DNA of 64,000 nucleotides. Source: Gnetum montanum. Taxonomy: Eukaryota; Plantae; Gnetophyta. Each line of letters begins with the position of its first letter. Within the stretch, counting starts at the first letter, position 1. Under the pieces are notes generated by a model. That model was not told where the DNA came from. It saw nothing but the letters and a program-made list of their open reading frames with translations, and searched no databases. The position numbers were made by a program, and so were the translations under genes. The DNA lies in contig MNCI01001499.1 in NCBI GenBank assembly GCA_015680685.1, forward strand, positions 59,349 to 123,348. The letters are read 5' to 3'. This document shows, piece by piece, positions 12,368 to 24,426 of this stretch.

Positions 12368-14024
12368 ATGGATCTTCTTTATTGATGGTTGGAGGAGTGG
12401 CCCAAGAGATGTCAATAACAAACCTAAAACATCATAGTAGGCATGACACTAACATCACTCATCGGTACCTGATTGGATGATGCTCTGTCAAGCCCAAGAG
12501 TGCTAAAGGTCATGGCATGCTATAGGTAATGGGTGTAGGGAATTGGCTTGGGGATAGCAAAGGAGGAATGAGATGCAAATGATGTATCATGCTAAAATAT
12601 GTAGAGTCAACATGGCTAACTATGATCATGGCACCAAGGTAGCTTGTTGCCAAATAATGGCCTCTCATCAAAGTGCTTGTGAGAGAGCCTTCGCCCATAG
12701 CACTAGAATGGCTTACCCTTGACATGTCAGCCTCTTTTCAAAGTGCTTATGAGAAGGCCATTCCAAATTTAGGCTTGAACTAGTTGCAGAATTGTAGCTT
12801 CACTAGATTTTTCTTGGGGATGTGTTTTACCTCCCCCCCCCCCCTTCCCCCCCCCCCCCCTTTTTGTGAAATGCTAGTTGCAAGATGTTCATCATTGAGT
12901 GGACTACATGCCACCCAATGGGCTTTTCTTAGAGGCAACTAGGTTGCATCTGTAGGATAGGTGTTTCCTCCCTATGATGAGTTGCATTACATTTACTTGG
13001 GCTTTGACTAGCCCACAAAGACTCCTCATGGGATGAGTCACATTATGTCCATTATGGGGTTCTGCAGTCAACTAAAAGAAGGGTGTCATGTGCATTAAAA
13101 AAGCTTACAGGGAAAGCTATAAAATGTAAGGTAAAGGGGAAAATGTGAGTGGGTTATAGCAAGGTAATAGGGATGTGCACTCTTGAGTGGCTTGGCGAGT
13201 CCAACTAAGCACATTGAAGTAATGTGATACCTTGTCACTATGATGAAATGTGCCTTTGAACAATTGACTCCAGGGCTTTGTCTTGCAAACCCAATGTAGA
13301 GGAAATAAGGAAACAACCACACAACATGAGAGATAAGAGCAAACTACTAGCTATGAGGGTGCTACAAGTCTCGTAAGTGCTAGACCAATTATAAGATCTT
13401 GTAGTGCCAAAGAAAGAAGTCCAATGCAGATGCCAAGGCTAGAAAGCTACAAAAGCTTCAATAGCCACATTGGAAGCAAGCACCCCAAAGAGGCTAGAAA
13501 GATGGTCAAGGGTGATGGTGATGTAGGTGCTCGAGACTCTACACTAAGGATAAGAACTTGAAAATCTAGCAAGATGATAGCAAGCCATGCTGTTGGATGC
13601 ACCTGCAAGCCTAGGCAATGGTGAGGGCTATAGGATGGTAGTGTTGTGGCTGGGCCACAGTACTACTAGGACTCTAGCAGGTGGTTTTGATAGTGAGAGC
13701 TCTAACCAATAATGAAACACCTATGGCTAATGATGCTATTAACATGGCCTGGGTATGGAACTATTGGTGATGGTCGTGCTAGCTTTAGTAAAATTCCTGA
13801 GGACATCTTCAAAGGATTAGCAAAATGTCGAGGGTGATGATGCTACAAATGTTCTAGAGGCTTTCCTTGATGACGTGAACTTCATTCTGGAACTACAATG
13901 ACCTACCCCACCCCACCCATGAGGCGTGTGTAGATGATGGAAAATAGGAAGCATTCATTCTTGTTTGTTCATAGAACTATGTGTGTTGAGCTATGTGTGC
14001 TAAACTAAAAACCTAATTTAAGGT

Positions 14025-14360
14025 CCTAGTAGACCACATGTTATGCTAGTTTAAGGTCCTAGTAGACCGTGATGTGCTAGTTAATAGAGGACTACTACAT
14101 GCTAGTTTATCATTGTAGCAGATGATGGATGTTATGCTAGTTTAATGTCATGATACAAGGATGAGCTATGCCAGGTTATAGTCATAGAAAACTTATTGTA
14201 CCAATTTAACGTCATAGTGGACGGGTGTGTTGTGGATGACAATTTAATGTTGTAGCCCAAGGACAAGTTGTGCTAGTTTATAGTCATAGAAGACTTGTTA
14301 TGCTATTTTAACATCATAGCAAATTCTCTATGCCTATTTATAGTCATAATAGACTATTTC
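14025..14360 (-). repeat. Array of about 10 hairpin-TAAACTRGC units just downstream of the pol stop of B
   Basis: Repeated tgctagttta(a/t) on the + strand with variable spacers; e.g. minus-strand ggtctactaggaccttaaactagca. Confidence 0.85.
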
Positions 14361-14394
14361 TTACCTTGCCTTATCATTGATGTGGCACTATGTA

Positions 14395-17300
14395 CTAGGC
14401 ATAGTTTGGCTTTAGGTAAGAATGGTTGGTTAGATTAGCAAAATCATTACCATCTAGATCAACAAGCTTGAATGGTCCATTGTCATAGGCCTTGGTGACT
14501 AAGAAAGGCCCTTCCCAATTGGCTAAGAATTTATTCATGGGTTCACATATGGCCTTGAGGACTAGGTCCCCTTTCTTGATCAAGCATTGATGCTAATTGT
14601 GGTAGTGCTTTTGCCATTGCTTTTCTTGGTACCATTCGATGTGATCAAGCATTTCCATGTGCTCCTCCTCTATAAAATTAAGGTCAATGATTCTTAACTC
14701 ATTATCTTGAGCCTCATCAATGAAGCTTGAGAGGATTACATGAAGTGATGGAACGTGCAATTCAAGAGGCAAAATTGCTTCAGATTCATATATGGTGTCT
14801 TATCTATTGCTATTTTTTTGTGGTTTTGTAGGCCCATAGTGCGTAGAACAGCTACTTGTGCCATTGTCGTTTTCTACTACTAAGAATATTTTTTAGAAGG
14901 TTGATGGAAACCTTATTTGTGGCTTCTACCTAGTCATTCACCTACAGGTAGTATGGCGATGAGAATGAATGCTTGATGCCAAGGTATTCGCAAAAGGCTT
15001 TGGTCTCTACACTGCTAAACTATGGCCCATTGTCTATGAAAATGGTCATGGGTAGACCAAATCGGGTCACTATATTATCAAGTATAAATTTGCAAACCTA
15101 TTTTGATGTTGTCTTCCTAAGGGGGATAGCTTCAATCCATTTGGTAAAATATTCAATTATGGTTATGATGAAGCTATGTCCTGAAGAGGACTTAGGAGTG
15201 ATGGGCCCTATGATATCCAACCCCTAATGTTGGAATGGCCACATGATTTGTGTGGTGTGCAATTAAATGGGTGGCATGTGCATTAAGTTGCCATGCTATT
15301 GATACATGTCACACATCTTAACCTTGGAAATATAATCATGCTCCATGTAAGGCCAATAGTAGCCTAAGCATTTGATTTTTGATGCCATTGCCTTGGGTGC
15401 TATGTGACCTCTACACAATCCCTTATGGACTTTATTAATGATCATTTGTGCTTCATCATCACTAACATAGGTTAGTAGTGTTCCATCATAGGATCTACAA
15501 AAAAGTGTACTATCACCTACAATGACGTACTATTGCAATCATTTCCACACTGCATCCTTTTGGATAGTGGTTAAATGTTGTGGAGGCTCACCTTGTTGAA
15601 GGTATAACTTAATGTCATCATGTCATTATTTTGCATGTGTGGTGCTTGTTGTGGCTATGAATGCAATGTTAGTTACTTGCATGATAGGTTTAGTGTAATA
15701 TGTTGCTAATGCCAGCAAGGCATGAAACATGTTAGGTACAATGCTTAAGGCTAATGTGGCTAATGCGTTGGCAATGGAATTCTCGTTGTGGGGGATGTGT
15801 TGGATATCTATAGTTTTAAACCATTGAAGAAAATGCTTTACCAAGTCACAATAAGGTTTCAAGTGTTGTGCTTTACAAGTGTAAACCTCTGTAACTCGGT
15901 TAATGACTAACTACGAATCACCTCAGATTGTTATATTTCAGATTCCTAGGTCGCAAGCTACTATAAGACCTCTAATGAGACTTTTGTACTCTACTAAGTT
16001 CTTATTGCAAGGAAATGCAAAGTGAGAGGCAAAGGATTGCATCTTCCCAAAGGGAAACATAATTATAGTAGCAACACTACCCCCTCGAGAGGTCAAAGCA
16101 CCATCAAAGTGTAAAATTACCTCAAATTTGGCAAGCACTTGGCTTATGCTACTAACATGCTCATCCAAAAATTTTAAAATATATCATTACTTGATCATTT
16201 AATAGAAAATTTGTCAATTGTGCAACTATTTCTTAACCTTTGGTTGATGCTTACACTATGTAATGCAAGTCAAACTCTACAGTTATTACTTTTCACCATG
16301 CAATTTGACTAGTTTCATAGATGTTCGTTGTAATTACCCAAAGTACATTGCTTTTATAGATTATGGTTACCTGGCTATAAAAGAGATAATGCCTCCACAT
16401 CTTGAGTGCAAAGACTAAGGCAAGGTAGTTCTTTTCCACATCATTGTATTTTGCTTCATGGGCCACTAACACATGGCTTAGATAGTATATAGGAACCTCT
16501 AAGCCATTGTCTTACTTTTGATAGAGCAAAGAAGCAATGGACATGTCAAAAGTTGCAAAGTAGATGTAAAAAGGTTTACCTTCTTATGGAGGGTAGACTA
16601 TTGGAAGCTAAGCCAACTCTTTTTTAAGGTTGTCAAATGCCTCTTGGAATTGAGCTATCCACTAAAAGTAGACTACATTTTTGAGCAAATGTTGCATTAG
16701 TAGTCAACCATGCAATAAACCAACATATGAATTGTAACCTGAATTGCAACCCACATAGCTCCTTAAGGTTAGTTAGCAGTGCTAAGTTAATGATGTCCTT
16801 AACCTTATCGAGGTCTATGCATACGCTTACTTCTGATACCATGAAACCTAACATGTGATCCATCTTGACACCGATGACACACTTCTTAGGGTTTAACCTA
16901 AGGTCATATTTGAGGCAATGTTTGAGTGTATGGTCTAATTCATTGGCATGATCATGTGTCATCTTGGACTTAACTATTATGTCATCAACATAGTCATTGA
17001 GCAAGTCTAATAAGTAGTCACTGAAGATGTATGTGATGGCACATTGGTAGGTTGCTCCTACGTTCTTTAGTCCAAAAGGCATCATTATATAGGAAAATGT
17101 ATCCTAGGGGGTTATGAATTTGATTGTATTTAGAGAACTTATCCATGACGGAAAACAAGGCATGATCATCCATGGTATTAACCAATTCATCAATACTAGG
17201 CAATGGGAAGTTGTCTTTGATGGTCACCCTATTCAAGTCCTAGAAGTCTATGCATATGTGTATGCTTTCATTTTTTGAGGTACAACCATGATGTTAGAAA

Positions 17301-17806
17301 CCTAGTTCGCATAGTCAACAACTCGGATGAAACCAGCCTTGTAAAGCTTTGTGATTTCATCAAAAAATGCCAACACTACCTCAGGATTTCTATTTAACTA
17401 GTTTTATGCAAGGATCAAGGATGATGTTATGTTGCACTATGTGAGGATCTAGGCCTGGCATGTCCTCATTGAACCATGTGAAAACCTTGATGTTATTGTT
17501 TAGAAATTTGATGATCCTTTGGGTGTGCTGAGGCTCTAACAGGAAACTAAGTTTCAATGTCTTCACCTCACCATCAAGTGTTGCTACAAGAACTTCAATG
17601 AGGGGATCCTTCTTGACATCACCTACCTCTAGATCGAGAGCCCTAACTAGATGGCCAAGCCAATCTAGTAGGGTTTCTATGGATGTTACATAGTCATCAT
17701 TGGTTGTAGGCTCAAAGTCTAAGCATTGGGCATCGATGCATCGGATGAGGTCACCGTGAGGTCTAGTGAGGACCAAGGGTGAAAAAAGATGCTTGTATGC
17801 CCTCAT
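14395..17806 (-). pseudogene. pol: Disrupted pol of B (RT, RH, aRH, INT)
   Basis: MPGLDPHIVQHNI, MPFGLKNVGATYQ, YVDD, ILHFDGA..NLVEYKSLIRGL (aRH), IQHIPHNENSIANALA, KFLANWEGPF; many stops and frameshifts. Confidence 0.95.
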
Positions 17807-17959
17807 GTTGTAATCCTACAACATATCCTACAAAATAACCAGAAAGTAGCTCAAGCCACACCTATCTTAATAGAGTCGAAATGCATAACATGAGGAAAGC
17901 AATGTAATGAATAATTGCCCAATCATGCAAGAGTGGATGTTAGAAAATTAAATAGGTGA

Positions 17960-18075
17960 GCCAATTTTAGGCCTCGATAGGCCATGAATTGCTAGTTTAA
18001 GGTCTTAGTAGATCACCATCTACCAATTTAAGGTCTTGGTGGATCATCATCTACTAGTGTAAGGTCTTAGCAAAC
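17960..18075 (-). repeat. Four hairpin-TAAAC units upstream of the RT exon of B
   Basis: e.g. minus-strand gatccaccaagaccttaaattggtag and gatctactaagaccttaaactagca. Confidence 0.8.
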
Positions 18076-18327
18076 TTTCATTTGTGCAAGATGCATTGGT
18101 TTAAGTTAGGTAAAGAGTGTTTGAAATGTGGAATTGGGCTAGGTGTTCGTTGGGCAACCATAAAACTCTTAAAAACTTTTCTAACTAGAAAACCCTAAAC
18201 TCTAGTTGCTACACTCACCCCTTTCCATGCTCATCCCATTACTACGCTCCTCAAGAAACTCAGGAAAATTTTCCTATGTATGGGAGTGTCGATGCAATAG
18301 ATGGCACATTTAATTACCTCGAAAGGG

Positions 18328-18335
18328 TATATATG
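18328..18335 (+). promoter_or_regulatory. Candidate TATA box of the antisense gene in B (equivalent TATAAATA at 46745-46752 in E)
   Basis: gggTATATATg about 140 bp before the ATG; E has gggTATAAATA about 170 bp before its ATG. Confidence 0.5.
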
Positions 18336-18467
18336 CATGATCTACCAAGGGTGAACTATCATTTTCCAAAGTGAGAACAAGGAGTTACATAGTGTAGTGT
18401 AGTTTGAAGTAAGAGTGATAGCTAGTGCGTAGCAACTGGAGCATAGCGGCTAGAGCATAGCACCAAG

Positions 18468-21400
18468 ATGATGCACCGTAGTGACCATCAACACCCCAGA
18501 GTCGCTAATGTGGAAGAGGGGAGGCGAGCCCTAGAACACCTACTATAGGTATAGGTGGAGGAGAGGAGAGCACCACTAATCAATAGGTACGCTTGCTACA
18601 CTAGCCTCTTTTCACACCATTTTTCTTCTTTTTCTTCTACTTGCTATCATGCCTGCATTGGGGTTTGAGTGTTGGGAGGCGGCCTACCTTGGTACGTACC
18701 ATCACCACCTCAACCACCTTGGTATCCATGGCTAAAGGGAGATGCTGTGAATGTGGGTTGTAGGTCTATGTTGATTTTTTATTTTAGTTTTGTCTCTACA
18801 ATGAATGAGACAAGGGACAAAGCATGGGCTACAAGGGATTTGATGTGTTTATTCTTGAGGGATGTGGCACGTAGGATGAGGAAGAGGAAAAAATGAGGGT
18901 TTTGTCTTGGTATTGGACTAAGATTTCCCTCACTAGGAGCCATGCCACATGGAGGATAAAGAACAGGGTAAAAAATGACATTTTTTCATGACCATGGCTA
19001 TGGTGTGCATTGTTAGGATTTGAGGGGCCATGGAACTCCCTTATTTCTTTTTCCTCTTTTTTTTCTTTTTTTTTTATTTTTTATTTTNNNNNNNNNNNNN
19101 NNNNNNNNNNNNNNNNNNNNNNNNNNNNNNNNNNNNNNNNNNNNNNNNNNNNNNNNNNNNNNNNNNNNNNNNNNNNNCATCAGCACACAATAGCACTAGG
19201 TAGCATGATGAAAGGGGCATGGTGCCTAATATGATGGAGTGATATGAAATGATACGGTGATGGAGGTTACACTTCCTAGAGAGTGTAGCCAATACTTTGG
19301 CAAAATTGGTCAATTTTTGGATGTGGTGGGAGGCTACGCTCTCAACCGTTAGAATTATTCTTTGTTAATTTTTTGCTCATTTTGGGGCTATGCTCCCTGG
19401 GAAGTGTAGCTAGTAGTCAAAACATTTGATGATTTTTTTATGGCTATGCTTCCTAGGGAGCATAGCAAGCAGTTAGAATTTTTTTTAGATCCCATGCTAC
19501 GCCACCTAGAGTTAGAAAAATTTTGAGAAAATTTGAAAAAATTTCCAAGCGTAAAACTGGAGTGCCAAATGCGAAAAATGTCAAGTGTAAGAATGCCAAG
19601 GGTAAGAATGCCTCATGCGAAACAAAATTCTGAATGCAAGAAAGCTTTACTAGAATGCAAACTTTGCATGTTGAATGTACGAATGCTAGAACATGCAAAC
19701 TAGGTTAGTTCCAATCATGCAAATGTGAAGTAAAATGCTAATACTACATTAATGTTGTACCCCAATGAGAACTAGGCACATCAAATGTGTATTGACATCT
19801 TATTCTCATGGGGCCCTATGGGGGACCCTAAGGATATATTTCTAAGTGTTTCCATTTTGAGCTAAATTTGCTAATTTTTGCTAAGTGTAAGTTAATATTC
19901 TATGCCAAAATGCAATCTATTATGTGCTAATGCTACATTCATTTGCTACCTTGTGATTACAAGGTGTTACTAAAGCCTATCTTAGTGGTCATGGAGCTTA
20001 TCAGCATTCTATCCTACATTAGTGAACCCATGCCTAACACATCTACACCCAACATAAAGTTAGGTCATTAGGTGGTGTGGTTTTAGCCAGGGGCATCCAA
20101 ATTCCTAGCTTACCTACTGCAGTGCTTTAGTGTGATCATGTGGTCACACTTGGCAGTGGAGGCTATAAGTTCCATCACCGAGATGCTATTGGCTAGGGCA
20201 AACTAGGACATACTGAGATTCATGTTTGATGAGCCCATGGTTGGTGGTGATTGAGCAAGTGGCCTGAGACTAGGTCCCAGGAGCATTCATTCCTTGGCTA
20301 GGATCTGGAGCATGCCAGAGTTCTCTCATTCTAACAATAGCAACACCCTTTTCATTACCATGCACATGCATACAGTCTTCCAGAATCCACATGGGACTAT
20401 ATATTATGCCAGAGGATAAGTGTTCTTGCTTTTTGTTATGTCTTATTGTTATCATCCATGCTATATTTGCTAATTGCTAACTACAGATGTCTAATGCCAA
20501 CTTTAAAGTTGATGATGAGGAACTCCATGATGAGACAAAGGCTCTCGCTTTAACCCATACCACGCTAGAGGTATTTTCCTCTAGTCTAATATTTTGTAAG
20601 GTCATTATTGAATAGGTGGAGAAGGACTTGGAAAACTACCCCACCCAGTACTTGAAGGCACTCAAGTGATGCCAAACCTAGCTTACAAGGGATGGACTAG
20701 AAATAAGTCTATCTCTAAAGAGCCTATTGTGCCACCACCTATGTCACATACACTATTTTTTCCACATAGGTATTCATTATGTTGGCTTGACTTGTATTAC
20801 TTATTCTCATGCACTTGTTGATCCCATGATGCTAATTTTGCATTTTCCTATGTGACAGATACCATTGCTTTAAGAGAGGTAACAGTGGACACCATTGGCT
20901 ATAGTGAGGCCACCCTCATTATAAAGTTTAGCAATGTAGAGGAGGTGCAGGAGTGGCTATGCCATTAGGCCTTAGAGGCTTTGACTGGTCAACTAATGCA
21001 TGTTGGGTTGATTGACCTTTCCTTGACCCTTAACCCAAGCACACCAGTGGCTGAGATGGTGACCATCATTGACTCCTTTAGCCATGATGTTCATCTCTTT
21101 ACCACTCATGTGCATGGAGTGATGGTAGTCTTGGGCCTTAACGATGCTTTTTTCACTAACTTCTTTGGCCTCCCCTTTAAGGGCCTAAAAAGCCCAACTG
21201 AGAGGTGGACTAGAGGGAAGACATCGAAGAGTGGCTAGGGATCACTCATTCTCTTAAAGGCATCATGGTTGTGAACGTGTGTGTGCTTGAGGTCTAAAGG
21301 CTTTACCCTGTTTTTCATGCCTGTACCTTTCCTAAGCTGCTCTCCCAAGGAAAAGTCCTTGGGGTGGAGTAGGCATGGGTGATGTGGGAGGTCATAGAGG

Positions 21401-23576
21401 AGGGGACCAGGTTTAACCAGGCTTCCTCTATCACTGTCGGGCTACAAGCAGAGATTATCATGCTTCATCACAACATCCATGTAAGGTCTCACTTTTACTT
21501 TACATTCTTTGTAGCCTATTTACGAAGGCTTGTGGAGTTCTCGATGATTAGGGATAGTGGATGTTGGGTTGTGCAGGATCATGAGTAGCTGTAGAAGCCA
21601 TGGATTAAGCACATGTTTGCCACCACTCTTGTGTAGGACCCTCCAAAGCGGATTGAGCAATCATATTTAGTTATAATGAAGGCATATTTAGGGAGATCAT
21701 AGTCACACTATTTCCTTGATAGTGTAGGTGAGTGTCCACAAATTATTGTTGGGGATGCAAATAGGGTTGAGTGGTACATTGTAGAGACAATGGGATCCTC
21801 CAATGCAAAAATCAAGGGGCCACGCCTAACAAAGGAGACTTCCCATATGGTTGGACAAGCAGGCATAAAAAACGTCCTCCTCAAGATACCCACACTCTAT
21901 TCGGTGATTGTAGGTTAGTATACATCATAGATGCATTTAGCTTATTTTTTTGTTATATTATGCTAATACTACTACACTATGTTTGTGAGTCAAGCAAGAG
22001 GGCTACTAAGGAAGCAGTGATGGTGATAGCAGGGGCAATAGACATGACCCCTCCTTGGGTTGAAGAGGAGGTAGCTTACAGGGAGGAACCACAAAAGGCC
22101 CTAGAGATCTCCCAACAGTTTGATGTAGAGGGGTTGTTCCACCCTGAGGGTGACTTTGCCAACCTCTTCGATGGTGTGCAATTGAGAGATCCACCCATGT
22201 TAACATCTAAGGGCCTACTGGATGAACACTTTGTGTTACCATCTACTCTTGCCCTTTGCTCTTAAACCTTTAACCACTTAGTTATTGCTAAGTGTTGTAT
22301 CATATTGTATTGCAGTCTTAGATCTTCCTGCTAGCAATCCACCACCAATGCCTACCCACCACATGAAGCCATGGATAGAGACACTAAATAAATTCTCCTT
22401 CATGGAAGGCATCATGGAGAACATGGTGGACCACATACAGTAGGTGGATCCCAAACTCAGTATGTATGTTATTTTTCTTAAATAGTTTTACCGATTCCAT
22501 GCTTAGTCTGTTACTAATATTGATTTGTTCATTATATGCTAATAGGCTCTAAGCTTCATTGGGATCCAAATTAGGCAGCTCATATGGATACCATCCCTAA
22601 GTATCCCCTCGAGGTGGAGCAAGTGCCTCATCATGTGTATGAGGCGATGAGCAAGTGCACACTTTCTAGTGCAAAGGCATTGTGGACCTATAGGCACTCA
22701 AATGAGCATCTATGGAAATGCGTGCATGAGCTCTAAGAGCCAATGGTGAGCTTAACTACTAAGAAGGAGGACCTTCAGTCCCGTTATGATTTCTTGTCAA
22801 CTTGGACACAGAGGGATAGTACCTAGTGGACATCAAAGATAGATTATGCTAGATACGAGTTAGTGATCCAAGGTAAGAATGAGGCTACTTGGGAGATCAT
22901 TGAGCAGAGGTTGCAAATGAATTTAATCTTCAAAAAGAAACAGGAGTGAAAGAGCTTTAGCACCAAGGTGTGCAAGTTGGGGCATACATAGAAGAACCAC
23001 AAGTGCTGCTACAAGCATGAGTGGGATGGTTATTTACAATAGCTCAATGACAAGTCCATGAAAGCCTGTCACCTTGAGATGTTCATCGAGGTGATTGGAA
23101 AAAGTTGGGCCTTCGAGCTATTTTCTCAACATACAATAGTTAGTGACTCCCCAGAGTGAGAGCTTACCTTGCCTTTAGGGGAGACTTCTACGACTACCTT
23201 TTCTATGTAGGCTCCTGCATGGAGTACCATAAACGAGGACAAGATCTTTGCAAATTTTGACTTTGATCATGAGGACCAGATGCGATTATTAGAGGTTGAG
23301 ATCCTCTAACACTTGGAGGAGGGCCTTGATAGATTTCCTCCAAAGTCCAATGCAGAACCCTCTCGAGTTAGTTTTTCTTTTACCTTTATGATTTTTATGT
23401 GTTAGTTTTGCACATTAATTTTGTATTATAGTCTTGCACTTGCTAATTAATTTTTTGTTTCGCATTCCTTTGAGCAGGCACTAGGTAATACCACAAGCCC
23501 TAACAAAGCAACAGGGGAGGAGGAGGAGGAGCCTCAATCCCCACCAAACACCACCAACTTATCAGACTTGACATAG
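18468..23576 (+). pseudogene. Copy 1 of the multi-exon antisense cargo gene (FCP1/NIF-like domain, PMD/DUF1985-like helical domain, acidic linker, coiled-coil tail)
   Basis: Exon 1 18468-18586 (AG|GTACG); exon 2 about 19963-20415 VLLKPILVVMELISIL..VVWF*PGASKFLAYLLQCFSVIMWSHL..NNSNTLFI..FQNPHG; later exons FFGLPFKG and KIDYARYELVIQGKNEATW; last exon after gcag| at about 23478; colinear with 46916-51800. Confidence 0.85.
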
Positions 23577-23749
23577 CCCTATTGTTGGGCAATTTTGCAC
23601 CTTGGTCATTTTTATCACATGGTCATGCTATGTACTCCTAATAATAGAAATATAATAAAAATTAGACCTTTTGTGATAAGGATTGGTGTGAAATTTCATG
23701 TTTATTTTGTTGACTATTTAATGTAGATAATGCAACTAGTTGATACGAT

Positions 23750-24190
23750 TAGGCCCCTTGTGGGCCCCAAGCCAATTTAAGGCCATGGCAGAAGGGCCAT
23801 TACTAGTTTAAGCCCATTTTGGGCCATGGAAATTACTAGTTTAAGGCCATTGCGATCCATAAACAAAAGGGAAAGCATCGCTAGTTGTGGATCATAGTGG
23901 GCCATAAGATGCTACTTTAAGGCCATGGCATGCCATGTGCTAGTTTAAGGCCTTTCAGGCCATAACAATGGAAGAAACGTTGCCAATTTAAGGTTGTGAT
24001 AGGCCATGCAATGGAAGAAAAATGTTGCCAATTTTAGGCCATAGTAGACCATCCGCTAGTTTGAGGCCTTTTGGGATATTATGATGAAAAGTTTGCCATT
24101 TTTATTCCATGGCAGACCATGTGCTAATTTACAACCTTTTTGGGCCATGGCATTATGAAGAAGGTGGCCAGTTTTAGGCCATGGCAAGCC
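23750..24190 (-). repeat. Array of about 12 hairpin-TAAACTRGC units downstream of the protease ORF of B
   Basis: Repeated gcYagtttaaggcc...ggcc on the + strand with variable spacers. Confidence 0.88.
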
Positions 24191-24426
24191 ATATATATTT
24201 TTTGCAATTTTGAATCTTATGATTTTTATGTTTTTTAATGTTTTTTATAATGTGTAAAAGTACTAAATGAAAATGCAATAAGCAAAAGAAATGAACACAT
24301 AACAAGGCGAATAATATAAAATGAAAGCAACCATGTAGAATGTAGCTATGTAAGCAAAAGGCTAATAGGTCATGCAAAAATTAAGGGCAAGTAGGCACCT
24401 AGCACATGTTGAACTAAGGGAGTACC

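Noticed and set aside
14025-14360. Hammerhead ribozyme (retrozyme) interpretation of the motif
   Set aside because: No CUGANGA...GAAA core with three stems is present in the units
18468-23576. Treating the spliced genes as intact host genes or as env
   Set aside because: All copies have multiple stops and frameshifts; two lie at the same position inside LTR-bounded elements; antisense orientation and lack of a clear signal peptide/TM layout argue against env
23750-24190. CRISPR-like repeat-spacer appearance of the motif arrays
   Set aside because: Repeats are short and degenerate, spacer lengths are irregular, there are no cas genes, and the context is a eukaryotic retrotransposon
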